NCBI GenBank assembly: GCA_013265495.1
Contig: MU057576.1
Location: forward strand, 344,982 to 408,981
DNA: 64,000 nucleotides
Reading direction: 5' to 3'
Source of the DNA: Vicugna vicugna
Lineage: Eukaryota
The translations under genes and the position numbers were made by a program. Shown here piece after piece: positions 13,954 through 25,600 of this stretch (within the stretch, counting starts at the first letter, position 1; each line of letters starts with the position of its first letter). A model generated the notes under the pieces. The model was given only the letters and a program-made list of their open reading frames with translations, was not told the origin of the DNA and ran no database searches.

Positions 13954-16900
13954 CCAGAAAGGGATTTTCACCTGCTTCGTTCAACTGATTTTTCACCCAC
14001 ATTTAAAATAGTGCCTGACACAGAGTGAGCATTCAATAAATATGTGTTGAATTAACAGATGAATCAAAGGATGAATAACGTGGAAGACTATGAAGTAAAG
14101 AACCCGTCAGCATAAACGGCAGGATGACCTTTTTCATTTTCAGCTTTTCAGTGAGTATTTTATGTGTTGTTCTTTATGAATTTCAGGAGAATTTCTTTAG
14201 GCTGTCAAATAAATTTCATTTCTTTCTAGCTCAGGAAATCCTAAGGTAAAGAATAACCACCAGTACTTAACTGAGTTGCCACTATGCACCCCCGGCTATA
14301 TATTTTCATTTAATTAACACTCCTCTCCCCTAGGTTGATATTGTTAAAATGAACCATCTTACAGATGAGGATCTGAATCTTCTGAAAGGTAAATAACTTG
14401 CCTGGTCCCCAGCTAGGAAGTGGTGAGGCCAGGACTTGCACCCAGCCCACCGTAGTTCATCACTGCTCAGCTTTTCTGCCTTAACAGAATCCAGACTTCC
14501 AGGATGACCCTTGTGCTTCTTCCCTACGATGTTCAGGTCCTGGCCAGCCCAGCCCAGCCCAGCCTTTCCCAACACGAGACCGGATCTTGGGGATGCCATG
14601 GACAAGCTACAAGCCAGCTACTACCTGGAGAACTAAAGTGGGGCAAGTTTTTGATAGGAAACACAGCTGCAATTGTGCAAGGACTGAAATGGTTAACCCT
14701 AGAGATTGCCTCTGGGGCTCCCTGTTCCCTGGGCTTTCATGGCTAACCAAGGGCTTGTAAATGGACACATTCTTTTCAGCTATATTAAAACCATTATCCA
14801 GGCCTGGGATTCAGTTTGTCTCTTTTCAGTGACTTCGCATATCTCTGATCTGAAGCACAGACACCATATTCATAGGGTGATTTAAATACCCTCTCCTTTC
14901 CTTTCTTCTCATATCCTGGGCATAACACATACCACCCTCACTAACTTCTCAGTCAATATGCAGCCGACTCCTGGCCCCCGCTGTGAGGATGGAGATTACA
15001 GAGAATGAGGGGAGGGGGGCTCAAGGAGCATGGCCAGGGCTCAGAGCTGTTGGCATGAGGTATCTGAAAAGTACCAACTAACGGAGGAGTAAAAAGATTT
15101 TTTAGCAACATGGAGAATCCAGCTGAAGTTGGAAATCATTAATTTGCTCTGGAGCCAGGCAGCCTGGTTGTGGAATTTTCTCCAGCTGAACTCCAGCAGA
15201 GAAAACAAACAGTAAGGGGACTTCAGGGTTGGGAGATGGCCTGACAGGTGCACAGAGAGAGGAAGTGGCGGGTTGTTGACGAGAATGTAGCTGAGACAAT
15301 TGCCAGTGGGTCCCAGGCTGGAAAAGGGAGGGAGGCGAAGCCAGGAGGAACTCATACCCAGACTGTCCCAGCTCAGACAGGCTGTGGGTGAACCTGCCAG
15401 GACCCCAGAGGGATGGAGATGGGGGAGTCCCAGAAAAGGCAAGTCGAGGACAGAGGAAACAAATGCAGCTGACACTCCTGTGCTCAGTAGGGACCAGTAA
15501 CCTGAACAGCCCCATCTCCTCCCACAAGCGAGACAGCAGGAACCCTACACAGTCCCCTGGGACCATGCCATTCCCTGCGCATGAGAGATTCCCCAGACAT
15601 CAAGGCTACGCAAAGCCGCAGCTTCCCAGGAACAGCTCATCCTCTCAAGCCAAATCTCTCCAGTTTCACCTTTTATTTGAATGACACGAATCTCTCACAG
15701 CATCAAAAGCATCGCTGAAGAATTAAATCTCAAGAAAGCAGCAACCAGGAAAGCCTGGATCTCAAGGTCTAGAACTAGGGACTCAAAACCACTCAGACCC
15801 TGGCTGTCTGTTCAGAGTCCCTCTCTCCTTTGCTTGGTGAGTTACCTTTATTCTAAGAAACTTAAGATTCTAATCCTAACTCTGCCCGTCCGTTTCCCCA
15901 CTGAGTGACCTTAAGCCAGTTACTTACCTTTTCTGTGCCTCAGCTTCCTCGTGGAGATAATAGCAGTGTGTACCTCATAGGGTTCCTTGCAGAGTGAATA
16001 ATTTAACACTCGTAAAGCACTTGGAAGAGTCCCTGTCTCCTCCCCAAGTTGTTTCTCTTCCAAGAGAAGAGTCTGTACACCAAGGATTTAATCAGCAACT
16101 TGCCATCGAGGTTGAAGGTGATAAACTGGGGTCCCATTCAAGCCAATACCGGGATCCACAGAGACCCAATCTTGTGGATGGGCTGGAGGGTCAGCAGGAG
16201 CTGCGGTGCCACTCAGAGTCAGGCCTATTGTCTTCTTAAGAGCAGGGCAATCTATCCTGAACCTTGGTAATTACTCTCAGACCCCTACCCTGCCATTGGT
16301 TCCCTTGGTCATCAGTAGATGACCACACCTACTTGTCAAAGGGAAACTGGGCATCTTGCCCTCCACTCCCTTCCCCTACATTCAGATTTATCTGCTTTGA
16401 AATCCATCCACATTGCCTTTCCTCCATCTCTGGGAATGAGGTGCCCATTCCTATTCAAGAAGAACCCCTCCTCATGTCCTTTAACGCCCTCACACTCTTC
16501 CTCAGGACTGTTCCTCCGTCAGCCATCCTCTCTCTCCATACTCCCCATGCATCTTTCGCCTCTTTCTCCTGGCCCCTTCCCATAGCACTGAAACAAGCTC
16601 AGGTCTCTCCTACTCTAAAGACAAATAGATATCTCTAGACTCCCCCTTCCTTAGTCTCCACTTCCCCTCCCAGGATAGCATCTCAAAAAGTCATCTCCAC
16701 TCACTAACTCTACTTTCTCCCCTCCCATCCTCAACTTTCTTTTCTCCAGCTCCCACTCTTACTTCTCCTAAGAAGCTGATGTTTCCACTAACTACCAAAA
16801 GCCTGGGCTTCTGCTACACTGGACATCATTACTACCCTTCCTTTAAACTTTCTCCTCCCTGGTTTCTATAGTAACACTCTCCCTGCTCATTCCCCTGCCT

Positions 16901-16957
16901 CTCAAACCACTCCTTCTCCATGTCCTTCATGTGTTCCTTCCTCTTGGTCTATCCATT

Positions 16958-17558
16958 TGTTGCCAGTCAATGTAACCGGTGTTCCAGGTTCTTGTCCCAT
17001 CCCAGAAAGAATTCAGAGACAAGACACGGGGGTTAAGAAAGTAAAGTGAGGATTTATTAAGAGATGGATAGTACACTCTCAAGGGGAGAGCAGGCAGGCT
17101 CAGGTGAGCAGCTGCCCTGAGTTTCTTTGGCAAGTTGGTTACGTAGGGTGTAAAAATTAATGGGCAGAATATTGACTGGGGAGGGAAGGGTCTGGGGTCA
17201 TAGTCCCTGATTTTCATCCTAACTCCACCTTCCCTAAGGGAGGAGGGATTTTTGTCCTTACTTAGTCTGGATCGGAAGTGTCATGGCGTTGGTGCATGAT
17301 GGGTACTTCTGATCTGCAAGGCTAATTTGATTGAAATGAGGGCATAATGAACAAAAGGTTACATTTGGACACTGGCGATTCCCACCTTTCCCACCTTTCT
17401 TTGTTGGCCTCCAAAGGTGTGATCACTTATCAGCCCAGAGGTTCCTGCTTCCCTTTCTCCACCCAAGGACCCCTGGTGCTCACATGATGCATGGTTTCCT
17501 GCACTGAGCCTGCACCCCACTTTCTCTGTTCATATCAAGCTATCTGCCTGCTCTAACA
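16958..17558 (-). mobile_element. Solo ERV1-like LTR
   Basis: TGTTG...TAACA termini; TTTATT (minus-strand AATAAA) at ~17053; LTR-like composition; no TSD recognised. Confidence 0.65.
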
Positions 17559-18267
17559 CCTCCTCAAACAATCCATTCTCTCCTCCCCTCGCAGCCTCCC
17601 TGGGGGACCTTATCTACTCTCAAAGCTTCAGTCAGCTCCTACACAAGCTAATGATTGCCAAATATATCTCCATTAGCTTAATCCTTTCTCCAGAATGTCA
17701 GATTGTCCATCCAGCAGCCACTGCAACACCTTCACTTGGAGGTCCCCTGAAACATTGCAAACTCAGCATGTGGGTTTAGGGGAATAGTTCCTGAAACTAC
17801 ATTATATGGAAAATACTTGAAGACACCAGAGGTGCCTGAGTCACAGAGGTGACTCAGATGGATTATAGTGGTAAACTGGGCCATAGTGGTCAACCGGGAC
17901 AAGAACTGGAGATAATCCTTATAGACCCCAAGGGGTCAGATTCAGACCAATGACTGGGAAAACTGGAGAAGACAGATTTCAGCTAAATCTACAGAAGATC
18001 CTTTGGAAGTCAGAGTGACTCAAAGGTACACTTGGCTACCTTACAAGAGTGTGAGATCTTGGGTACTGAGCACATTCAAGCTCCAGGCTTTAAATTCCTT
18101 CCAACTCCAGGAGTCCATAATTCTGGAAGAAAACAAAACTGAGCTTATGAAGATTTGACCAAATGCAGTAAAACCTGGTAATACTGGTGCTGGTGCCAAT
18201 GGGCATTGGCTTGCTTGGCTGGATTCTCTAATCACCTGAAACGGAAGTAATAGTAGGGACATTTTAA

Positions 18268-19300
18268 TCAACAGATGACTGGATAAAGAAGTTGTGGTAT
18301 ATTTATACAATGGAATACTACTCAGTGATTAAAAAAAAGAATAAAACAATGCAATTTGTGGCAATATGGATGGACCTGGAGATCACCATTCTAAGTGAAG
18401 TAAGCCAGAAGGAGAAAGAAAAATAACATATTATATAATTTATATGTGAAATCTAAAAAAAAAAAAAAGAATAAAGCAATGCAATTTGTGGCAATATGGA
18501 TGAACCTGGAGATCACCATTCTAAGAGAAGTAAGCCAGAAGAAGAAAGAAAAATATCAAATTATATAATTTATATGTGAAATCTAAAAAAAAAAAAAAGA
18601 ATAAAGCAATGCAATTTGTGGCAATATGGATGAACCTGGAGATCACCATTCTAAGAGAAGTAAGCCAGAAGAAGAAAGAAAAATATCAAATTATATAATT
18701 TATATGTGAAATCTAAAAAAAAAAAAAAGAATAAAGCAATGCAATTTGTGGCAATATGGATGAACCTGGAGATCACCATTCTAAGAGAAGTAAGCCAGAA
18801 GAAGAAAGAAAAATATCAAATTATATAATTTATATGTGAAATCTAAAAAAAAAAAAAAGAATAAAGCAATGCAATTTGTGGCAATATGGATGAACCTGGA
18901 GATCACCATTCTAAGTGAAGTAAGCCAGAAGGAGAAAGAAAAATATCATATTATATAATTTATATGTGAAATCTTAAAAAAAAAAAAAGACTAATGAACT
19001 TATTTACAAAACAGAAACAGACTTAATGGACATAGAAAACAAACTTACGGTTTCCAGTGGGGAAGAGGGTGGGAAGGGATAAATTGGGAATTCCAGATTT
19101 GCACATACTAACTACTATATATAAAATAGATAAACCACAAGTTTCTACTGTACAGCACAGGAAACTATATTCAATATCTTATAGTAACATACAATGAAAA
19201 AGAATATGAAAACAAATATATGTACGTATATGTATGACTGAACTATTATGCTGTGCAACACAAATTGACACATCATTGTAAACTGACTTGACTTCAATTT
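18268..19300 (+). mobile_element. LINE-1 3' fragment containing a tandem amplification
   Basis: L1 3' motifs ACAGATGACTGGATAAAGAAG...TGGAATACTACTCAG and ...ACTGTACAGCACAGGAAACTATATTCAATATC. Confidence 0.9.
18331..18990 (+). repeat. Tandem repeat, 130-bp unit x 5, L1-derived
   Basis: Unit ATAAAGCAATGCAATTTGTGGCAATATGG... starts at 18341, 18471, 18601, 18731 and 18861. Confidence 0.97.
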
Positions 19301-20169
19301 TATTTTTAATCTGCTTTTTAAAAAGGGGTTCTGGTAATGAGGGAGCAGAAGCTGGACAGGGAGTGTGCTGGGTCTGGGGGCCTGCACGAGAGATGGGGAG
19401 AGTGGCCAGGCTGCAGGTTGATGGAGCAGGGTGCAGGGCGCAGTGGGGTGTGGCTCTGGGAACACAAGGCACCGGCTCCAGGGATGGGTCTGGGCCCAGC
19501 TACGGAGGAGGTGGCTCCACTGTCCCATCTGGCTAAGAGCCCAATGCTGGTGTAGACAGTGGTGGTATAACCCACAGAGATGCTCAGAGAGCCCAGCCCC
19601 ACAATTTTCTTGGGGTTTGTTTGTTTGTTAGTTAAAAATTATTTTTGCCCGGAAACTTTAAATGTTTAAATTTTTTAAAATCCTAATTTTATCCCTCATC
19701 CAAACCCAGCTCTTTTCATCTCTCCATGTTGACTTCCAGGTCCTGATCATAAGAACTTCCTTTTTCCAGAAGAGGATAGCTGTGCACGTAAATTTCTGCC
19801 ATTTTCCTTGAACATTACTCTGTAAGCCTGTGGCCTCCATGTCTTCAGAATGGTCATTTTAATGACTAAAGGACACCCCATTGCATAGATACACGATGGT
19901 TTAGTTAACCGCTTCCCTATTATGGGGGAGCGCCTTGTACTTTGAGATTCCCCATCCTTAGAAACTTTTCCTCAGAATAAATTCACAGGAGGCGGAAACT
20001 CGGTTAAAGGACATGATTATGTTTGACAGTTTCACTACTTTTTTTTCTTTCTTTCTTGATTTTTGCCTATCTCCAGCCATGGCGCTGACTAAATAATCAG
20101 GCAGATGATCTGCTTATGTTTGTTGCCAATATATGAAGTTGAGGTATTTTTTTTATATATTTGAATAAG

Positions 20170-20328
20170 CTTTTATTTATTTTTTGTTGTTGCTGAGTTG
20201 TTGGTTTTTTTTTTTTTTTGTGGGGGGGGGCAATTAGATTTATTTATTTTATGGAGGTACTGGGGATTGAACCCAGGACTCTGTGCATGCTAGGCATGTG
20301 CTCTACCACTGAGCTACAACCTCTGCCC
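20170..20328 (-). mobile_element. tRNA-derived SINE (Vic-1-like)
   Basis: GGAGGTACTGGGGATTGAACCCAGG...CTCTACCACTGAGCTA with T-rich tail on the left. Confidence 0.85.
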
Positions 20329-21416
20329 TTGAATATTAAACCAGGGTTTAAGTTACTGTAACCATTATTTTTATTTTAAAAGTAACGCTTGCTTATTGTA
20401 AAACTCTGAAATGTCTTTTATATATTTTTATATAATCCATCATATTGACCCATATCATCTCACTGTATTCTAATTTACTTAAATTCCTTTTGAAATTTTC
20501 CACCATTATCTCTCCATCTTTCTCATTTCTTTCTGTAACTTCAATTCTTATGAAGTTATTCCTTCACAATAGAAACAAACACTCTAATCTTTGCTGGTTT
20601 TTCCACGACTTGATTTAGATTTTTAATAAGCTTACAGATCTGGAGTTTACATTGGTGTGTGGTATGAGGGCCCACAAAATGAGCAGAAACCAGTCTCACA
20701 GTACATATTTTGTAACATACACAGTCCCACCCCTGGGAAGACAGTTTGGCAACATTACCTGGTACAGCAGTTATTTTTAAGGTTAACCAGTCACCTTCAC
20801 ATTGCTTTGCAAGAAAGGACTTCAATTTGTCCAGGTGTGAGTCTTGATTTATGCTTCGATATTTCCTACGGCAGTTAGCTTCTTGCCTTCTACATGGTAG
20901 ATGGTGCATAAGCATTTGTTCATTTGACCTGATTCAACATAAAAATAGAGCTAACAGCACAGAGCTGTTATTTAAAAGAATAATCCAGAAGCCGGAGGGT
21001 ACTGTTTTTAACCATCATGACATAGTCCCCACTGGTCAGCCTTTCCCAGTTCATTGCTGGGGGTAGAACGAGATGCTGTCAAAGCTGGGCACAGGCGAGG
21101 TTAACAGGGCATGGCTGTGTAGCAGACACATTTGGCTTCAAATCCTGCCTCTACCTCTCCCCAGCTAGGGGCCTTGAGCAAACTGAGCTCTGGGTTCCTC
21201 GTCCATGAAAAAGGCACAAAAGAGCTCCTGGTGTGGTTGAAAGAAGGGTTAGAAATAATAAACTCAGAGCACCTAGCACAGTGTTTGGCTCTAGTATGTG
21301 CTGAATGCATGATGATCATCATCTCCCTTGCCTCCGTTGTGTCCTAGAAAATCTAAGTGCTGAGGGATGTGCACAGCTATGGGAAAGCCTGAGTAGCAAG
21401 AAGGAACTGTATCAAG

Positions 21417-21538
21417 GAGGGTATAGCTCAAGTGGTAGAGCGCAAGCATGCTTGAGGTCCTGGGGTCAATTCCCAGCATCTCCTCTAAAAATAGACAAAC
21501 CTAACTACCTCCCACCCTGCCAAAATTTAAAAAAAAAA
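21417..21538 (+). mobile_element. tRNA-derived SINE (Vic-1-like)
   Basis: GGGTATAGCTCAAGTGGTAGAGCGC... and A tail. Confidence 0.8.
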
Positions 21539-22603
21539 TGTGCACAACAAAAATGTGTGCAACAACCACCCCCCTCAACACACACACACACACACACAAA
21601 CACGCAGAGTTCCAACCCCAACTGCCCTTGCGGAGGATGTTTTAACATAAGAATAGATCATTACCAAGTTAGTAAAAATTCTGTTTATCGGAGTCAAGAG
21701 TTTTTCCGTCTGGTTATCCATCACTAAAAGGCTGGATGCTTCCCAATTCATTCTTTTTTTTTTTTTTTCCCAATTCATTCTAACACACAAGTGGTCCATG
21801 AAAAGAGCAGGTTTTGCATAGGGCTTGAAGCATGCTGCCTTTTCTTTGACGTTTCCAAGATCAGCAACTTCCCCTTCCCAGGTCGCAAAATCACCAACAC
21901 GAGATTCACCCCAAGAAACCGAGTCCGGCTCAGCAACAGAACGTCAGCGGGCTAACGGGGAAAACCTGTCCCGTCATCTGAATGGATGCTAGAAAGTTGT
22001 TTGACCCGATTCAGCATCCATCCTGATTCTCTTAGAGAAAAATATAAAACCCTGTTATAATCGTTTGAGATATAGAAGACTCCTTTCCTGCTATAAATGT
22101 ATTAGAAACCAACAAGAAGCATGAAAAACAATGGTGAAATCTTAAAGGCACTGCTATTAAAATCAAGTTCAGGTCAAGAATGAGCTGTTTCTGGGCTTGT
22201 TCCAGAAGTTCTAGCCAGTGTGTTGAAATAAGAAAAAGAAGAAAGAAACAAATAAATCATTATCCTCGGATGATATGATATGACTATCATATAGAGGACT
22301 CATTAAAATAAGAAATATCAGGCAACAGAATTTTAAGCAGCTAACAAAGATAATAGTATAGAACTACATGGATAATTGTGGGAAAGTGTCCAAGACAGAG
22401 TATTAAGTGGAAGAAATAGGCTTCAAAATAATATGAATTTATTTAAATATATATTTATATACTTATGCTGAATATATATATTGACTATATATTATGTAAA
22501 AAAGCTTAAAGGAAATTCATCAAAATATATTTAGAGATTGCATCTCTGGCCTGTGGGGTTCCAGGTGATTCTTACTTTCTATTTATTTAGAAAAGAACAT
22601 TTA

Positions 22604-25600
22604 GGCAATCACCTCACGTACCACAACCTCACCTAACCTCTCACCCCGCTCTGATACCCCCAACCCCGGGATGGCAGCGCCCGCCAGCCTTGCCGGCAGG
22701 ACCACAGGACGCCAGCCCCGCCGTTAGCCTGTGGTACTAGGCCCGCCGAGGCCTGACCCCCGGAGCCGGGACCCACCGTGCAGCCAGCCGCCTGCCTAGG
22801 CTGAGGGGCCACTCCCTGCTCACGCCCGTGGGGAGGACGCTGCTGTCCCTGGGGCTGGGGGCTGGAGGGGTGGGGGGCAGCCAGGGCGAGGAAGTTGGGA
22901 CCAGTGTTGGGAAAAAAGAAGCGGGACCGGGTTCATGAGCACCCCCTCCCTCCGTTTCCCCGGTCCTCCCAGGGTTTTAGGGGTCACAGTGAGGCGGGAA
23001 GCCCCATAAAAAGACAGGCAGGACCCCTAAGCAGGGCCACTGCTCTCCTGCCAGCACCATCCAGTTCCCTGGACCAGAGGCTGTATCTCACTTTTTGCCT
23101 CTGAAACGGCTTACTTACCCCTAAAATACTATTGGTTCCCTGAGCTAACTTCTGATTGGTTATTTCCTTCACTCCTGATTGGTTATTACTCTCACTTCTG
23201 ATTGGTCCACTTCCCCAACTTCTGATTGGTCCATTTGTAGTACTTCATTTGCATGGAGCTCACTCCTGATTGGTCACTTCTCTCACTCCTGACTGGTCCA
23301 TTCCCCTCACTCCTGATTGGTTATTTCTCTCACTCCTGATTGGTCTATTTCTACAAAGCTTGTTTCTGGTTGGCCAACTTCTGTTATACTTTATTTGCAT
23401 ATGATGTTGCAAAGTGTAAAACTGGCAGCCTATAAAGGTCTGTGTAAACGTACGGAGTCCAGAGTTTGGAGTGTTAACTACTGTGAGTCTGTAGGGGTAG
23501 TAAGTCTGAGTTTTGTAAGTTTCGGAGTGCTGCTTGGTTTTTCGCCCAGGTCCAAATTGCGGACACTATTAAGCTGTCAGACATTTTTTTGCAACAGGAG
23601 CAGAGCGCGCCCATCCGGGAGGTGGATGAATGTGGGAGAAAACGGAGAACATGACGATCGTGTACAACTTGGACACGTCGCAGGGGCTGATGGGGCAAAT
23701 CCAAACTCAGCTGGCTTACCCCCCTGCGGGAGAAAAGTAAGTCAGAAGCCTAAGAAGGAGCCCTGGAGAAGCAGTGGGGCTGCCAACCACAACAGCTGGA
23801 CAGCTGCAAAGAAGGTGAGGATCTCCTGTGCTGTGACCACTGCCCGGCCACCTTGCATCTTCAGAGCTGTGATTCTCCATTGGGTGAAGAGATGTTGCCT
23901 CCTGGGGAGTGGATGTGTGTTACCGATGCACTGTGTTTGCAGGAAGAAACGAGAGCAGAAAAAGGAGTTCGGCCATGCGAATGGTCTGATGGACAAATCT
24001 GGCAAACGGGACTTTATCCTCCTGCAGTAACACTGACTCGTTAGACACATCACCTAACAAAACTGAACTTAAGGCCATTGCCCGTGCCCGGATCTTGGAG
24101 AGGAGAGCCAGCCGGCCTGGCATGCCCACATCCAACGCCAGTACAGAGACCCCTACCTCTGAGCAGAATGATGTGGATGAGGAACCAGCGGCAACAGAGC
24201 CGGACTATGTGCAGCCCCAGCTAAGGCAGGCCTTTGAGCCGCTGACTGCTGCCGCCATGGGGGCAGAATCCCACCCAGTTTCAGTTGCCCAGTGAAATGA
24301 TTTGCACCACTGCACTACCAGGTTCTAGCAAGAGAAGAAGAAAGGAGGAATCCGCAGGAGAAAACATTAAGAAGACACAGCGTGAGTTAGATCATAATGG
24401 GCTCACTCCCCTACCAAAGTTCGCTACACCTGTAACAGGAGTTGCCACATGGTTCCTCTCATCCAGTGACTGTTGTCCCCTCCTGTTCCACATGGACTGC
24501 CTCGAGCCACCGCTTGGTGCCATGCCCCTGGGCAGACGGATGTGTCCAAATCACATCGAACATGTGGTGCTCAACTGGAAGAACACGACGCGGAGCAAAC
24601 CGTGCCAGGTGTTTTACCGTTTCAAGGACACCATTTCGCAGCACGTTGTAAAAATGGACTTCCTGAGCCGAATCCACAAGCACCCTCCCAACCGCCACGT
24701 GCTCCAGTCGGTGAAAAGAAGCTTGAAGGTTCCTGATGCTATAAAATCTCAGTACGTTTCCACTCCTCTCATTGCACCCGCCGCCATTCGGGATGGGGAG
24801 CTGATTTGCAGTGGGATGCCTGAGGAATCACAGACGCACCTTTTGAACTCTGAGCACTTAGCCACTAGGCAGAGCAGCAAGACTGACTCTGGTGGTGGTG
24901 CGCGCCAGTGCAGCATATTGAAACATTTATCTGCTAAGCAGATGCCTTCGCATTGGGACTCTGAACAGAGAAGGCTGATACTAAGCCTGTTACTGTGACT
25001 GATAGGTCAATCACCAACTCCCTGCAAACCGCTGACAAGGCACCTACACTTTTCCTTTACCGCGGGCCCTACTCCTCAGGGGTTAGCAGCTGGAACTCCC
25101 TGAGCTGCTCTCCACTCCCAACTCTGGAGGACATCAGCTGCAGTTCTTGTGCGGAAAAATCCAAGAAAGCCCCCTGTGGGGCTGCCAACGGGCCAGTGAG
25201 CACAGAGGGGAAAGCCAACGGCCCACACCTCTACAGCAGCCCCACTGATCCCACGGACGCCCGGCGACTTCCAGGCGCCAACACCCCCCTTCCAGGTCTC
25301 TCCCACTGGCAAGGCTGGCCCTGGCCCCTCATGCCACCAGCGGCTGGGGGGCTTCAGAACCACACCGTCGGTATCATTGTGAAGACAGAATGCCACTTGC
25401 CCCAGGTTTTGCCACCAGGGGAGTTTGGTTCCTGTCCTAAGCCTGCCCCCTTACATTCCCAACTCTTGTGCCAGCATTGAGAACACCAGCACTTTGCAAA
25501 GAAAGACTGTCCGATCACAGATAGGATCTCTGCTGACAGATTCAAAGCCACTAGGCTCACCCTCAAATGCCACCCGGGTGCTCACTCCCCACCAAGCTGC

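Noticed and set aside
18331..18990. CRISPR-like array
   Set aside because: No unique spacers; these are head-to-tail 130-bp L1 units in mammalian DNA.
23126..23400. CRISPR-like short repeats (CTGATTGG)
   Set aside because: Degenerate tandem units inside an LTR that is duplicated at 44 kb; no unique spacers or cas genes.
23317..24030. 237-aa LTR-PHF12 fusion ORF from its listed start
   Set aside because: It starts at TTG; that codon and the ATGs at ~23401 lie upstream of the LTR TATA box, so they would not be on an LTR-initiated RNA.
24285..24998. 237-aa ORF as a functional PHF12 retrogene
   Set aside because: Non-ATG start, degenerate PHD2 cysteine pattern, and frameshifts before, within and after it.
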